Assembly: GCA_938004065.1 (NCBI GenBank)
Contig: CALKWM010000039.1
Span: 1,313-65,312, forward strand
Direction: 5' to 3'
From: an uncultured bacterium
Lineage (GTDB): Bacteria; Patescibacteriota; JAHJAL01
DNA: 64,000 nucleotides
Shown one piece after another: positions 48,541-60,088 of the stretch (positions within the stretch are counted from its first letter, which is position 1; the number at the start of each line of letters is the position of its first letter). The notes beneath the pieces were generated by a model. The model was not told the DNA's origin. It saw only the letters and a list, made by a program, of their open reading frames with translations, and made no database searches. A program made the translations under genes and the position numbers.

Positions 48541-49032
48541 ATGAATAAAAAGATAATATTGGCCGGGGGCTGTTTCTGGGGACTGGAAGAACTTTTTCGC
48601 CGGCAAAAAGGAGTGCTGGATATCACCGCCGGTTACACCGGCGGAAGCAATGCTGATCCGACCTACGAAAACCATCCCGGTCACGCCGAAGCGCTGGAGA
48701 TCGTGTACGATGACACCCGTACCGATTTTTGGCATTTGCTCGATTTCTTTTTTCAGATCCACGATCCCACCACTTTGAACCGGCAGGGCAATGATTTCGG
48801 CGATTCTTATCGTTCGGCGATATTTTATCAAAACGAGGAGGAGAAAAAGCAGGCCGAAGATTTTATCAAAATTGTCGATGATTCCGGGCGCTGGCCGAAT
48901 CCGGTGGTGACCACGCTGGAGCCGTTTACCGGATTTTATCCGGCCGAAGAATATCATCAGGATTATCTGCAGAAAAATCCGGGTGGCTACACCTGCCATC
49001 GGATTTATTTTGATAGTTATTTGCCGGAATGA
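48541..49032 (+). CDS. msrA: Peptide methionine-S-sulfoxide reductase MsrA
   Basis: AGGCFWG, GHAEA, RQGND and AEEYHQDY. Confidence 0.93.
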   Translation: MNKKIILAGGCFWGLEELFRRQKGVLDITAGYTGGSNADPTYENHPGHAEALEIVYDDTRTDFWHLLDFFFQIHDPTTLNRQGNDFGDSYRSAIFYQNEEEKKQAEDFIKIVDDSGRWPNPVVTTLEPFTGFYPAEEYHQDYLQKNPGGYTCHRIYFDSYLPE

Positions 49033-49036
49033 TTTC

Positions 49037-49102
49037 TGGATCCCCGCCCGCCGCGGCGGGCGGACAGGCCCTATTCCGCCCGAGGCGAATCGAGGATGAT
49101 AC
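49037..49102 (-). repeat. REP-like MITE core with nested palindromes
   Basis: GGATCCCC-GCCCGCCGCGGCGGGC..TCCGCCCGAGGCGAATCGAGGATGA. Confidence 0.7.
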
Positions 49103-49279
49103 ATAAAAGAGAAAAATGCCCGTGAATTTTGGCATTATTTTGCTAATATTCACGGTAAATTGACTTTTTGGCGTGAATTATTAATTGGCGGAAAATTAAT
49201 CATGATTTAATTTTTTGTTTAATCCATATTAATTCTTCCTTGGTATAATTAAAGTGTCTTAGAATAAAAGGTGAATAAA

Positions 49280-50302
49280 ATGTCCCGACCAGATTTGCCC
49301 AACCAGAGTGACAAATTTCTCCTCTACACCTCTCCCGCCGGTGAGATAAAAATCGAAGTCTTTTTTCAAGACGAGACTGTCTGGCTCACCCAGAAAAAAA
49401 TGGCGGAATTGTTCGGTGTAGATAAACGCACGATCAGCGAGCATTTAAAGAATATTTACCATAGCGGCGAGTTGAAAGAGAATTCAACTGTCCGGAAATT
49501 CCGGACAGTTCAAAAAGAAGGCGAGAGACAGATAGTCAGAGAAATCGAATACTACAACCTCGACGCTATCATCTCCGTCGGTTACCGAGTCAACTCCTCT
49601 CGCGCCACCCAATTTCGCATTTGGGCCACAAAAACATTGCGGGAGTTCATCATCAAAGGCTTTGTACTCGATGACAATCGTTTGAAAAACGGGCAATATT
49701 TTGGCCAAGATTATTTTCAGGAATTACTGGAGCGTATCCGCTCGATCCGGGCGAGTGAACGAAGGGTGTATCAGAAAATTACCGATATATTTGCCGAATG
49801 CAGTATTGATTATGATGAAAATTCCGAAATAACAAAAAATTTCTATGCCATGATTCAAAATAAATTTCATTTTGCCATTTCCGGCAAAACAGCGGCTGAG
49901 ATAATATACGATCGCGCCAATGCCAAAGAAATGAATATGGGAATGACTACCTGGAAACACGCGCCGAAGGGAAGAATATTAAAATCGGACGCGGTGATTG
50001 CCAAAAATTATTTAGCAGAAAAAGACATCAAACGACTAGAACGAACAGTATCTAGTTATTTTGACTATTTAGAGAATCAAGTGGAAAACCGAGTGACTAT
50101 GACCATGGATTATCTAACGGAGAGTGTTGATAAATTTTTGTCATTCAACGATTATAAGTTATTGGCAGGGAAGGGAAAAGTTTCACAACAAAAAGCCAAG
50201 AAAAAAGCACATTCCGAATATGATAAATTTAATAAGACACAAAAAATAGAATCTGATTTTGATAAATTCTCCCAAAATATATTAAATAAAATTAAACCAT
50301 GA
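49280..50302 (+). CDS. RhuM-family protein
   Basis: [29 protein letters not shown] and IRSIRASER. Confidence 0.85.
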   Translation: MSRPDLPNQSDKFLLYTSPAGEIKIEVFFQDETVWLTQKKMAELFGVDKRTISEHLKNIYHSGELKENSTVRKFRTVQKEGERQIVREIEYYNLDAIISVGYRVNSSRATQFRIWATKTLREFIIKGFVLDDNRLKNGQYFGQDYFQELLERIRSIRASERRVYQKITDIFAECSIDYDENSEITKNFYAMIQNKFHFAISGKTAAEIIYDRANAKEMNMGMTTWKHAPKGRILKSDAVIAKNYLAEKDIKRLERTVSSYFDYLENQVENRVTMTMDYLTESVDKFLSFNDYKLLAGKGKVSQQKAKKKAHSEYDKFNKTQKIESDFDKFSQNILNKIKP

Positions 50303-51048
50303 TTAAAAAAGAAGAAGTAAAAAATATCGTCAAAAAAAGTTACACCCAAATTGCCAAAGCGGGAAGTTGTTGCGGCTGCAGTTGTGGGCAAAAAGATGAA
50401 TCCGAGCGGATTGCTACTGAAATCGGGTATGCCCAGGATGATATCGCCAAATTTTCCGATGCCAATCTGGGCCTTGGTTGCGGTAATCCGGTGGCGATGG
50501 CGGAGATGAAAGAGGGGGATGTGGTGTTGGATCTTGGATCCGGGGCCGGCTTTGATTGTTTTTTGTCAGTGAGACAAGTGGGGCCATCCGGTCGGGTGAT
50601 TGGAGTAGATATGGTATCGGAGATGGTGGAGAAAGCTAAAGCTAATGCGGATAAGTATGACTACCAAAATGTTGTATTTCATCTGGGCGAGATCGAGCAT
50701 TTGCCGATCGAGGATGGCTTGGTGGATATCGTGATCAGTAATTGCGTGATCAATCTCTCACCGGACAAAGACGCGGTTTTTACCGAAGCTTATCGGGTGT
50801 TAAAACCGGGTGGCAAGATGTTTGTATCAGATATTGTTTTACTCAAAGAATTGCCGGAGGAAGTGCGCAACAATCCGCAACTATTGTCCGGATGTGTCGC
50901 CGGCGCCTTACTCAAAGATGATTATATCGGGAAAGTAAAAAATGCCGGCTTTGAGGTGGAAGTATTGGCGGAGGACAAAGACATCAGCAAGAAGCAATAC
51001 AAAGGGATGCCACTGGAAAGTCTCAAACTGAAAGCAGTCAAGAAATGA
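50299..51048 (+). CDS. arsM: Arsenite S-adenosylmethyltransferase
   Basis: [32 protein letters not shown] and GCVAGA. Confidence 0.88.
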   Translation: MIKKEEVKNIVKKSYTQIAKAGSCCGCSCGQKDESERIATEIGYAQDDIAKFSDANLGLGCGNPVAMAEMKEGDVVLDLGSGAGFDCFLSVRQVGPSGRVIGVDMVSEMVEKAKANADKYDYQNVVFHLGEIEHLPIEDGLVDIVISNCVINLSPDKDAVFTEAYRVLKPGGKMFVSDIVLLKELPEEVRNNPQLLSGCVAGALLKDDYIGKVKNAGFEVEVLAEDKDISKKQYKGMPLESLKLKAVKK

Positions 51049-51179
51049 TCGTGTCGGATAATGGAAATTTATGAAGAGTAAATCTTAAAAAAACTTAAAA
51101 ATAGTTACCACCAATTTTGCCTGGACGATCATGACGGGATACTATAAATATATGAATAAATAATATCAAAAGGAGTATC

Positions 51180-51485
51180 GTGGTCAAAAAAAGTGTCGGG
51201 AAAAAAGAAAATATCTGCAATGAAAAATATTGGGAAAAGAAGTTTGGCAAGGATTTTGAAAAGAAAATAGAGAAAAAATTTGCCAATTGGGACAAATGTC
51301 AGGCGAGCAAATGGCATTCCGATTGTGGTATGGGCGGCGGATTCTACTTTTTGGCAATGATTGGCGCGGCGGTCTATTTTGTTCAACAGGCCTCCGGTTT
51401 TTGGCCAACTATCGTCGCGATTCTAAAAGCTATAGTCTGGCCGGCATTTTTGGCTTACGAGGTTTTTTCGCAATTGGCGATGTAA
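51180..51485 (+). CDS. Small membrane protein
   Basis: GGGFYFLAMIGAAVYF..GFW..ILKAIVWPA. Confidence 0.6.
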   Translation: MVKKSVGKKENICNEKYWEKKFGKDFEKKIEKKFANWDKCQASKWHSDCGMGGGFYFLAMIGAAVYFVQQASGFWPTIVAILKAIVWPAFLAYEVFSQLAM

Positions 51486-51520
51486 CATTTCTTTTTGGAA
51501 AAAACTAGTTAACTAATTTT

Positions 51521-52228
51521 ATGACTCAAATCATTAAACAAATCCGCCAGGAGCTAAAGAAAAACAGTGATGTGCACACCGCGTCCACCGGGCAAAAATT
51601 TTTCAAAGAAAAGGTAAAAATCCATGGTGTCAAAACGGCCGTTGTGACGAAAATTGCCAAGGCCTTTGACCGGGATATTTTGGCGATGGATAAAAAGGAA
51701 GTTTTTGAGTTGTGCGAGGAGCTGTGGCGGTCGGGCTACCTGGAAGAATCATTTATTGCCTGTCATTTTTCCTATCGAATCCGCAAAAATTTTGCGCCGG
51801 CTGATTTTAAAATATTTGCCAAATGGGTGAATGATTATGTTTCCAATTGGGCTTCCTGCGACACTTTTTGCAATCACACTATCGGTACTTTGGTAGAAAT
51901 GTATCCAAAGCATCTAGAAAATCTTAAACAATGGGCCAAGTCGGATAATCGCTGGGTGAAAAGAGCGTCGGCCGTCACCCTGATAGTTCCCGCTCGCCAT
52001 GGTAAATTTTTAAAAGACATTTTCGAAATTGCTGATATTATGCTTTTGGATAGCGATGATATGGTCCAAAAAGGTTATGGATGGATGCTCAAAGTCGCCA
52101 GCCAAACATATCAAAAAGAAGTGTTTGAATATGTCATGAAAAATAAAGCCCGGATGCCCCGCACGGCCCTGCGCTACGCGATCGAAAAAATGCCGAAAAA
52201 TTTGAAACTAAGAGCAATGGCGAAATAA
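51521..52228 (+). CDS. DNA alkylation repair protein (AlkD-like HEAT)
   Basis: [23 protein letters not shown] and RTALRYAIE. Confidence 0.85.
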   Translation: MTQIIKQIRQELKKNSDVHTASTGQKFFKEKVKIHGVKTAVVTKIAKAFDRDILAMDKKEVFELCEELWRSGYLEESFIACHFSYRIRKNFAPADFKIFAKWVNDYVSNWASCDTFCNHTIGTLVEMYPKHLENLKQWAKSDNRWVKRASAVTLIVPARHGKFLKDIFEIADIMLLDSDDMVQKGYGWMLKVASQTYQKEVFEYVMKNKARMPRTALRYAIEKMPKNLKLRAMAK

Positions 52229-52265
52229 AACAATATCATATAACAATAATCGGGAGAGTAGAACA

Positions 52266-53039
52266 ATGAACGACGAGACCAAATCCATCCATGAATTCGA
52301 TTTTGATCTGATTTGCGAGTATTTTTCCAGTATTGAAAGACAGGGGCCGGGCAGTCCGGAAGTGACGCTCAAGGCACTCAGTTTTGTTGATAGTTTAAAC
52401 GAAAATTCACGCATTGCCGACATCGGCTGTGGGACGGGGGCGCCGACAATGACGCTGGCGCAACATACCACCGGACAGATCACGGGCATAGATATCTTTC
52501 CCACTTTTATCGATTTGTTCAACACCAATACCAAAAATTTGAATTTGGCAGACAGGGTCAAAGGAGTGGTCGGCTCGATGGAAAATTTGCCATTCGGGGA
52601 GGAAAAGCTGGATCTGATCTGGTCGGAAGGGGCGATTTACAATATCGGCTTTGCCAAGGGCTTAGAAGAGTGGCGCCGGTTTTTGAAACCGGGCGGATAT
52701 ATTGCCGTGTCCGAGGCGTCGTGGTTTACTGATGAACGGCCGGAAGAAATCGATAATTTTTGGACAGAAGCTTACGCCGAAATTGACACCATTGCCAACA
52801 AAGTGGCGCAAATGCAAAAGGCCGGTTATGTACCTGTGGCCACTTTTATCCTGCCCGAGAAATGCTGGATCGACAATTTTTATCAGCCGCAAATAACCGC
52901 CCAGGAAATATTCCTACAAAAACACGCCGGTAACAAAACCGCCGAAGAATTTATCGCCAACGAAAGGCGGGAGGCGGAATTATATGATAAATACAAAGAT
53001 TATTACGGCTATGCTTTTTATATTGGTAAAAAAATCTAA
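52266..53039 (+). CDS. Class I SAM-dependent methyltransferase
   Basis: [15 protein letters not shown] and IWSEGAIY. Confidence 0.85.
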   Translation: MNDETKSIHEFDFDLICEYFSSIERQGPGSPEVTLKALSFVDSLNENSRIADIGCGTGAPTMTLAQHTTGQITGIDIFPTFIDLFNTNTKNLNLADRVKGVVGSMENLPFGEEKLDLIWSEGAIYNIGFAKGLEEWRRFLKPGGYIAVSEASWFTDERPEEIDNFWTEAYAEIDTIANKVAQMQKAGYVPVATFILPEKCWIDNFYQPQITAQEIFLQKHAGNKTAEEFIANERREAELYDKYKDYYGYAFYIGKKI

Positions 53040-53059
53040 ATCAATAAATAAGGCAAACC

Positions 53060-53398
53060 ATGGACGACCAAGTCAAAAAGTATTTTGCCAAACTTGAATC
53101 CCCGCAAAAAGAGATATTGGAAAAAGTCAGGCAAACAATACAAAAATCGGCACCAGAAGCTTCGGAAAAATTAAGTTATGGTGTTCCTTCCTTTGTTCTG
53201 AAGGGCGGTTCGATCATGTATGCCGCTTTCAAAACCCACATCGGCCTCTATCCCGAGCCGGCGACAATCAAAAAATTTGCCAAAGAATTAAAAGATTACG
53301 AAACTGCCAAAGGGACGATCAAATTTCCCATCGACAAATCAGTTCCATACGATTTAATTGAAAAAATTACTAAATACAAAAACAAACCAAAAACATAA
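53060..53398 (+). CDS. DUF1801/YdhG-like protein
   Basis: EKLSYGVP, AAFKTHIGLYP and KGTIKFP. Confidence 0.8.
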   Translation: MDDQVKKYFAKLESPQKEILEKVRQTIQKSAPEASEKLSYGVPSFVLKGGSIMYAAFKTHIGLYPEPATIKKFAKELKDYETAKGTIKFPIDKSVPYDLIEKITKYKNKPKT

Positions 53399-53434
53399 GC
53401 CGACACAAAACAGTTTTATACTTTTTTTTCAATT

Positions 53435-53782
53435 TCACCTCACCTGCGCCATTAGATCGCAGTCGGGTTTGATATAGACCGAGTAGATGCCATTGATCCA
53501 GTAGCGGTCAAATGACATATGGGTTTCCAGCCGGCCGGTGATCGGGGTCTGGGGAAAGATCCAAAAATAGCGGTTTTCCTGAAAAGTGCCGGATATTTTT
53601 TGCTGAGTTTTGGGGATCAACTTAACTTCAAATGTCTGCGGATACCCACGGCCAAAATTGCCGATGATTTTGGTGTACTGATTTTTGGGACAAAAGGTTT
53701 CTCTCATTTTTTTGATGTCAATTGAATAAAAAAATACTATAAAGAAATTGAAGAACAGATTTATAATGTGTCGGGTTAACAT
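53435..53782 (-). CDS. Hypothetical protein
   Basis: ORF only. Confidence 0.4.
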   Translation of the reverse strand: MLTRHIINLFFNFFIVFFYSIDIKKMRETFCPKNQYTKIIGNFGRGYPQTFEVKLIPKTQQKISGTFQENRYFWIFPQTPITGRLETHMSFDRYWINGIYSVYIKPDCDLMAQVR

Positions 53783-53890
53783 TCATATCCTATTTGGTGT
53801 ATCTCGATTGAGGGAATGATATTGATTATGACGGGGATGATTATGTGGTTTATAAATATTTAGTCCACGCAGAAGGGGAATATAATCTTA

Positions 53891-54313
53891 TTAATCAAAA
53901 AATGATTTGATAGAAGTTGAGTGATTGGTTTGAGGTGTAATTACTTGATGGCAGTTTGATAGTTGACCACCAAAACAACCTGGTTTGCTACCACCTATAT
54001 AAACCAATACGTATCCCAGTCCGTTGCAGTCACATTGGTAACGGTTAATGACGATCCTGTCCATACCATCAGCTACCGGACCGGAAGAGTAGTATATTTT
54101 TTTGTTGGTAAAAAAATAAACTGTTAAAATGACAAGAAGGGCCAGAGATAATGCGATTTTAAGCCGAAAATTGGAAATAAATAGCACCGAATAGCTGAGT
54201 GTAGCTATAAGTCCTACAAAAACAATATCAAACTTGATAAAAGTATGTAAAAACAACCAGATGATCAACCAAAAGAGAATAAAATACAGCAGAAAACGAT
54301 AATCAATTCTCAT
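53891..54313 (-). CDS. Membrane protein with a Cys-containing tail
   Basis: Three TMs, then C-x-C..C..C. Confidence 0.55.
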   Translation of the reverse strand: MRIDYRFLLYFILFWLIIWLFLHTFIKFDIVFVGLIATLSYSVLFISNFRLKIALSLALLVILTVYFFTNKKIYYSSGPVADGMDRIVINRYQCDCNGLGYVLVYIGGSKPGCFGGQLSNCHQVITPQTNHSTSIKSFFD

Positions 54314-54408
54314 TATATGTTATTGATAAAAAGTATTCTGTTTATATAATAACAAAATCACTCCTATCAGCAATATTCGCCAATCGCAACAATCGTTTAA
54401 AAAAAATC

Positions 54409-55035
54409 TTAGGATTTTGTGGCAAAAATATTTACCCACTGATCTAAAGTCTCTTCAAATATGTTCGTTGAAATTTTGATAATTTTGAAATCACAAGACA
54501 ATAACAATTTTTTTAATTCATCTTTGCTATAAAAAGCAAAAAATTTGGATCTACCATCTTTATATCTCTTATTAACAACATTTTTTTCACCATTTCCCTG
54601 TTTGACGGAGATATACAACAATCCTTGCGGTCGGAGAACTCTATGAAATCCCTGCAAGGTATTTTTGGCCTGTTTTTTGGGGATATGCAAAAACGAAGCA
54701 CAAGACCAGATGCCATCAAAACTCTCGTCCGCAAAACCCAGATTTCTCATGTCCATTTTTTTGAAATTCGCTTTGGGAGCGTTAGTGACCGCCAGCTTGA
54801 TAAAATTAGCGGTCATATCAATTCCGGTTACTTCCAATCCGTGTTCTAAAAAATACCTAGCATCACGGCCCGGACCACAACCGATATCCAAGACTTTATG
54901 GCCGGGAATGTTTTCTAAAAAATAATCCGCCAAATCTTTGATAATATTTATGTCATTTCGAGCATTGAAATAATCTTTTGCGGTTTTTTCATATGTTTGA
55001 ATGGTTTTGGCGACTTCGTCTTCTTGATTTAACAT
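54409..55035 (-). CDS. Class I SAM-dependent methyltransferase
   Basis: VLDIGCGPGRD and FDGIWSCASFLH. Confidence 0.85.
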   Translation of the reverse strand: MLNQEDEVAKTIQTYEKTAKDYFNARNDINIIKDLADYFLENIPGHKVLDIGCGPGRDARYFLEHGLEVTGIDMTANFIKLAVTNAPKANFKKMDMRNLGFADESFDGIWSCASFLHIPKKQAKNTLQGFHRVLRPQGLLYISVKQGNGEKNVVNKRYKDGRSKFFAFYSKDELKKLLLSCDFKIIKISTNIFEETLDQWVNIFATKS

Positions 55036-55068
55036 TTCTAAACAATAAAAATTATAAAGTCAATTTAT

Positions 55069-55160
55069 AAGTAGTACTTGTGATTTTTTTATCTGTCATC
55101 CTCGAGTCGAAAGCGAGGAACGAGTGATTAGACATCGGGGATCCATTCCATATTTCATAT
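55069..55160 (+). mobile_element. Degenerate MITE copy
   Basis: AGTAGTACT..TTATCTGTCATCCTCGAGTCGAAAGCGAGGAACGAG..TCGGGGATCCAT. Confidence 0.7.
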
Positions 55161-55253
55161 TTGTAATTATTGTCAATCTTCTGTTTGCATAACTGAAGTG
55201 TTAATGTCTGGTATAATATTATTATAATATATTTGTTGTTTTGGAGTACAAAA

Positions 55254-55562
55254 ATGAAACATTGCGAAGCATGCGGGATGCCGATGAGTGAACCGTCACA
55301 TTTTGCCAAAGGGGATGAAAATTCGCAGTTTTGTCTCTATTGCGTCAATGAGGACGGTAGTGTCAAAACCAGTACCGAAATATTTGAAGGTGGAGTACAA
55401 TATTTTATGACTCAAGTTGGCGACGATCGGCCATTGGCGGAGCGAATCACTCGCAAAAATATGAATATGCAAAGTTACTGGCAGGGTAAAAACGAACCAA
55501 TATTGCAGGGTGAACAAGCTACCGATGAGGAGTTTACGGAATTGATGAAAAAGATGGGGTAA
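55254..55562 (+). CDS. Zinc-ribbon domain protein
   Basis: HCEACGMPM...FCLYC. Confidence 0.75.
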   Translation: MKHCEACGMPMSEPSHFAKGDENSQFCLYCVNEDGSVKTSTEIFEGGVQYFMTQVGDDRPLAERITRKNMNMQSYWQGKNEPILQGEQATDEEFTELMKKMG

Positions 55563-55605
55563 AATTTTTGTATATAATAAAATCATTATCATTCTTTTTT
55601 TTCCT

Positions 55606-56151
55606 ATGCCCAAAAAATTTCACATCTTATTTTTATTTCCTTTCCTATTTTTCCTCTCCTCCTGTGCGCCTCAATCACCCACTGAGAAAATAAACCACAC
55701 TTCCATCTCACACGATCCGGTCTATACCATCGGCAATGAGTCAGCCGATCAAGCGGTGCAGGAATATTTTCAATCGCAAACTGATTTTAGTTGGCAGACC
55801 GAGGAGGAATCTAAGAATATATGCGTGTTTGACAAACTCGATCAAAACGAGCTCTTTCCACATTATCTCTGGGTGCATTGTAGCGAGTTTAAATTGGTTG
55901 ATGGTAAAGTCAGGGAATTAAGCGGATCCTCAATACCGGCTAAAATCGATTACCCCAATGAATTATCATTTTTTGACCCAGCCAAATTCACCCACGAAAT
56001 TCCCGGCAGTGGAACCAACTACCCGACAGACATCAGAAAAATTTTCCCGGATGATATCGAAAATCTGGCTCTAAGTTATGACGCGACCGCCATCAGCGAA
56101 TATATCAAACAAGTGGCGGAGGCAGATTTGACAACTGCCATAACAGAGTAA
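55606..56151 (+). CDS. Lipoprotein
   Basis: Lipobox LSSC. Confidence 0.65.
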   Translation: MPKKFHILFLFPFLFFLSSCAPQSPTEKINHTSISHDPVYTIGNESADQAVQEYFQSQTDFSWQTEEESKNICVFDKLDQNELFPHYLWVHCSEFKLVDGKVRELSGSSIPAKIDYPNELSFFDPAKFTHEIPGSGTNYPTDIRKIFPDDIENLALSYDATAISEYIKQVAEADLTTAITE

Positions 56152-56183
56152 TTGTTTCTCAAATTACACGATATATAAATTAA

Positions 56184-56316
56184 TGAGTAGTGCTAAATAA
56201 AAATAAGAAATATGGTATGGATCCCCGATCCGCCCGAGGCGGACAGGTTGTCTAATCGCTCGTTCCTCGCTTTCGACTCGAGGATGACAGATAAGAAAAT
56301 TAATTAGCATTACTCA
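56184..56316 (-). mobile_element. MITE, full length, reverse orientation
   Basis: TIRs TGAGTAGTGCTAA / TTAGCATTACTCA; the core carries both TCCGCCCGAGGCGGA and CGCTCGTTCCTCGC inserts. Confidence 0.85.
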
Positions 56317-56323
56317 TTATTTA

Positions 56324-58447
56324 TTATTTTTTTCTCTTCAAAATCTTAACCATACCCTGATTGGCGTCCACTTCAACCAAATCTCCTTTTTTTAGATACT
56401 TTGTCGCGATTTTTGTACCAACAACACAAGGAATTTTCAATTCACGCGCGATAATAGCCGCATGACAGGTAATTCCTCCTTCATCGGTTATTATCGCTTT
56501 AACCATTTTCATATAAGGAATAAAATGGGGAGTGGTTTGTATAGCGACCAATATTTTGCCCTTTATTAAATGGTTTTTAATTCTTAATTCAGATTTATCT
56601 TTAACAATAACAACACTTCCTTTTATCACTTTCTTGGAATTGTAGGCAACTTCTCCTGAAATCTCAGTGGCACTTATTGGTTTATTAGATTCTTTGTCTA
56701 ATTTTATAAAGTATTTTTGAATCTCCCTGATAACATTTGAATCATCGATAATTTCTTGCTTATAATTTCTTGAATTTAAATAAATAAATTTTTGACTCTT
56801 TCTCAATATTATTTTTTTCTGTATAACTTCATCGGTTAATTTTTTCCGCAACCAGTCCTTAACTTCATTCATTGTTAAAAATTTCATCAGTAACAATGGA
56901 TCGAGATTTATATTCTTTTTCGAAATCAAATATGTAAAAAAATGGAACAAATTTTCGCCCATCGCTTCTTCTTTAAACGCTACGCTGTTTCTCCATGTAT
57001 CATGCACTCTCGCTATCTTCTCCGTGTTTTTAATATTATGAATATTTTCAGATAATTTAAGTCCCAACGAAAAAATAATTAAAAAATGAGCACTCGCTAT
57101 CTCATAAAGAGAAAGTATTGTGTTAAATAGTTTTACACTCTCGCCATAATTATCATTTTTGATAGCTAAGTTAAGTTTTTTCCCTTTGGCTTCAATTTTC
57201 CTATAAACAACATCGTTTTTTGTCACATAATTCACCAAAATTTTAGGGTTTTTCAAAATTCTCTCATTTGATACGGCGTGAAAACTCTTGGCTTGTAAAA
57301 GATTAAATACTCTTATCGGATAATTTTTCTTTATCGGAATCAGCAATGTATCAGCAAAACGCATCCCATAATTTCGCTCAATATGTTTATAACCACCAGT
57401 TTTTGCAGAAAAAAACAATAGAGATTCATCAGCCCTTACCCCAAAAAACCACTTCTGACTTTTTAAATAATCAAGAATATTTTGGTTGGCAGAAATTACA
57501 TTATGAATAGTTGTAATTGGACGAGTTTGAAGGATATAAAAATGGTCTCTTTCTTTCGCCCATTCTATGTCGCAAGGAAAACCAAAATGATTCTCAATTT
57601 TTACAATCAGTTCAGACAATTCTCTAATTTCTGTATCAGTTAAAACCTGCTTCTTCCCTTTTGCTCCTAAATTCTTCCATTTATTGCCACCCCCGGCTTT
57701 TTTGTGTCTTGCTTTTGATTGCTCATTTACATTTACATCCAAAATCTTGAATCCTTGTTTATCTACCACATAACTATCGGGAGTGATTGCACCGGAAACA
57801 ATCGCCTCCCCCAAACCAAATCCGGCCTCAATAATTATCTGATTTTTGTCTTGGGTAACCGGATGGACTGAAAAAGCGATTCCCGATTTTTCACTGTTTA
57901 CCATTTTTTGTACAACGACCGCCACTGAAATTTTTTTCCGGTCCAATCGCTTTTCATGTCTGTAAATAATCGCTCTGGGAGTAAATAATGAAGCCCAACA
58001 TTTTTTTACATTTTTCAAAAGTGCACCTTCCGTTGTATTCAAAAAACTATCCAATTGTCCCGCCCAAGACGCGGAAACCGAATCTTCTCTCGTTGCGGAA
58101 GAACGAACCGCGACCAATTTACAATCTAATTTCTTATGAGATTTCAAGATTTCCGCTTTTATATCTGCCGGCATTTCTCCGGAAAGAATCATTGCTCGTA
58201 TTTTTTCCGACGCATTCTTAACAGTAAGGATCTCTTTGTAATCAATTTTATCAAAAACAGTATCAAATTTAACATCCAAATCATTTTCCAAGATAAATCT
58301 CTCCAACGCATTGGCTACAATGACAAAACCTTCAGGAACCGGGATTCCCGTCCGAGTCATCTCTCCGAGAGAAGCACCTTTACCTCCGGCGATTTTCGTA
58401 TCCGTTATGGAGATTTGTGCCAAGGTTTTGATTATACTTTTTGTCAT
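56324..58447 (-). CDS. PEP-synthase-like dikinase (ATP-grasp + novel central domain + His swivel); rifampin-phosphotransferase-type architecture
   Basis: GGKGASL, VAVRSSA..EDS..AGQ, DIEWA..QTRPIT and C-terminal GGITCHAAIIARE. Confidence 0.8.
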   Translation of the reverse strand: MTKSIIKTLAQISITDTKIAGGKGASLGEMTRTGIPVPEGFVIVANALERFILENDLDVKFDTVFDKIDYKEILTVKNASEKIRAMILSGEMPADIKAEILKSHKKLDCKLVAVRSSATREDSVSASWAGQLDSFLNTTEGALLKNVKKCWASLFTPRAIIYRHEKRLDRKKISVAVVVQKMVNSEKSGIAFSVHPVTQDKNQIIIEAGFGLGEAIVSGAITPDSYVVDKQGFKILDVNVNEQSKARHKKAGGGNKWKNLGAKGKKQVLTDTEIRELSELIVKIENHFGFPCDIEWAKERDHFYILQTRPITTIHNVISANQNILDYLKSQKWFFGVRADESLLFFSAKTGGYKHIERNYGMRFADTLLIPIKKNYPIRVFNLLQAKSFHAVSNERILKNPKILVNYVTKNDVVYRKIEAKGKKLNLAIKNDNYGESVKLFNTILSLYEIASAHFLIIFSLGLKLSENIHNIKNTEKIARVHDTWRNSVAFKEEAMGENLFHFFTYLISKKNINLDPLLLMKFLTMNEVKDWLRKKLTDEVIQKKIILRKSQKFIYLNSRNYKQEIIDDSNVIREIQKYFIKLDKESNKPISATEISGEVAYNSKKVIKGSVVIVKDKSELRIKNHLIKGKILVAIQTTPHFIPYMKMVKAIITDEGGITCHAAIIARELKIPCVVGTKIATKYLKKGDLVEVDANQGMVKILKRKK

Positions 58448-58668
58448 AATTTATTATCAGCATCTAAAAGCTCAAAGCATCAATCGTCTCGACTTTTTCG
58501 GGACTCCTTGTTTACATTATATCAATATTTATCTTGATTTTTTTTAAACTAAAAACAAGACAACAAAACACTGACTGCTAAAAAACTTATGTCAGATAAC
58601 CTATTAAAAAAATATATATTTTAGTGTTACAGTTAAATTAGGAAATGATTGTTTATATTTAAAATTTT

Positions 58669-60078
58669 ATGAAAAAAAATTTCTTTTTCACCCTGGCAAT
58701 AGTCTGTCTAACTGGTTTCGTTGAACCTGTTTGGGCCATCGATGTGCCGATCGGAGTCAAAGAACAGGAAGTAACGGCGATTTATCAGCCGGCGCCCAAT
58801 TTGGGAGGCGGTTATCGGCCTGATGGCAGCGACGCCTGGGATTATTGTATTGAAGACGGTTGTCATTATAATCCGCAGGTGGGCGATCGGGTAAAAGTGG
58901 ATGCCATGCAGGGCTGGCGGATGACTTTTTGGAATGTCGGCGAAATGGGCGGGGAAAATAAAAAAATGGCCAAACTGGAACAGGTGCGCGAATTTTTGAA
59001 TGCCGGCGAGGTGGTAACGGAAGTAGTACCGCCACTGACGGCGGATTCATTTAAAAGCGGTATTACTTACAGCAAAATTATTTCCGAGCCGGCAACCGAT
59101 ATTATTGAACCGTATATCAATCCCAAATACACTTTTACGCTTGGATTTACCGGCGGTCCCAATGGGGTTTTCTGGGAAATCAACGGGGAGCGGCAACATC
59201 CGAGCGGCAAAGAGATCCGCGGTGATGTGAAAAAAGGCGACGATGATATTTATTATATTCAAATGAGCGGGGCCTTTAGCGCCCAACTAAAAATTGATGA
59301 TCCAAAAGTTTTTGACGGGTTTGTTGAGAGTTGGGACAATGCCAATGTGATTTGGGAAGGCGGTTATAGCTATGGTTTTTCCGATTATGGCGGGGAGGTG
59401 TGGGTGGAGGACAGTGAAGGCGAGGCTTATTCGGCTGAGGATTTCAGCGGTAGCAGTGCCCAACAGATTTCGGAAGGTATGGTGGTTAAAACGGGATTGA
59501 ACAGTTATGCCGTAATTCAGTTAAATAGTGAAGGAGCTCGGCTAGTGGTCGGGCCCAATTCACAGGTCAAGATGAAACGGCCGGAATCAGGATTTTTCGA
59601 CACCAATATGGGCCGGATGATTTTAAAGGTTAAGCGCAACGTAGAGTTGATGATCAAAGAAGGGAGAATGGAAGTCATCATGAATCAGGCGGTGGCCGGA
59701 CGAAAGGGGACGGTAGCGGTATTTGTCGAGGAAGAGGGGAAGTCAACTGTCAAAGTATTGGAAGGAGAGATGTATTTGAAGGCCAATGTTGACGGCGAGA
59801 GTCAGGATATTAAATCCGGGCAAATGCTGTCGGCCGATAAAAATGGACTGAGTGAATTGCAAACACTAGATATTGAACAGGAATTGAAATTATGGGAGGA
59901 GATAGTCCCAAAAGCGGTAGTGGATGATGTCAGGCAGACGATAGTGGAAAATGTAGCAGTCGGTGCGTCTACTGTTTGGTGGAAAACCAGTTATTTATGG
60001 TATGTCTTGATTGGTTTGGGAATAATAGTCATCTTGGCCGTAATTATAATAGTTGCAGTTTTTAAAAAGAAAAAATAA
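58669..60078 (+). CDS. Secreted, membrane-anchored protein with a FecR-like domain
   Basis: Signal peptide; VKTGLNSYA, AVAGRKGT and VKVLEG; C-terminal TM + KKKK. Confidence 0.65.
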   Translation: MKKNFFFTLAIVCLTGFVEPVWAIDVPIGVKEQEVTAIYQPAPNLGGGYRPDGSDAWDYCIEDGCHYNPQVGDRVKVDAMQGWRMTFWNVGEMGGENKKMAKLEQVREFLNAGEVVTEVVPPLTADSFKSGITYSKIISEPATDIIEPYINPKYTFTLGFTGGPNGVFWEINGERQHPSGKEIRGDVKKGDDDIYYIQMSGAFSAQLKIDDPKVFDGFVESWDNANVIWEGGYSYGFSDYGGEVWVEDSEGEAYSAEDFSGSSAQQISEGMVVKTGLNSYAVIQLNSEGARLVVGPNSQVKMKRPESGFFDTNMGRMILKVKRNVELMIKEGRMEVIMNQAVAGRKGTVAVFVEEEGKSTVKVLEGEMYLKANVDGESQDIKSGQMLSADKNGLSELQTLDIEQELKLWEEIVPKAVVDDVRQTIVENVAVGASTVWWKTSYLWYVLIGLGIIVILAVIIIVAVFKKKK

Positions 60079-60088
60079 ATATATTATT

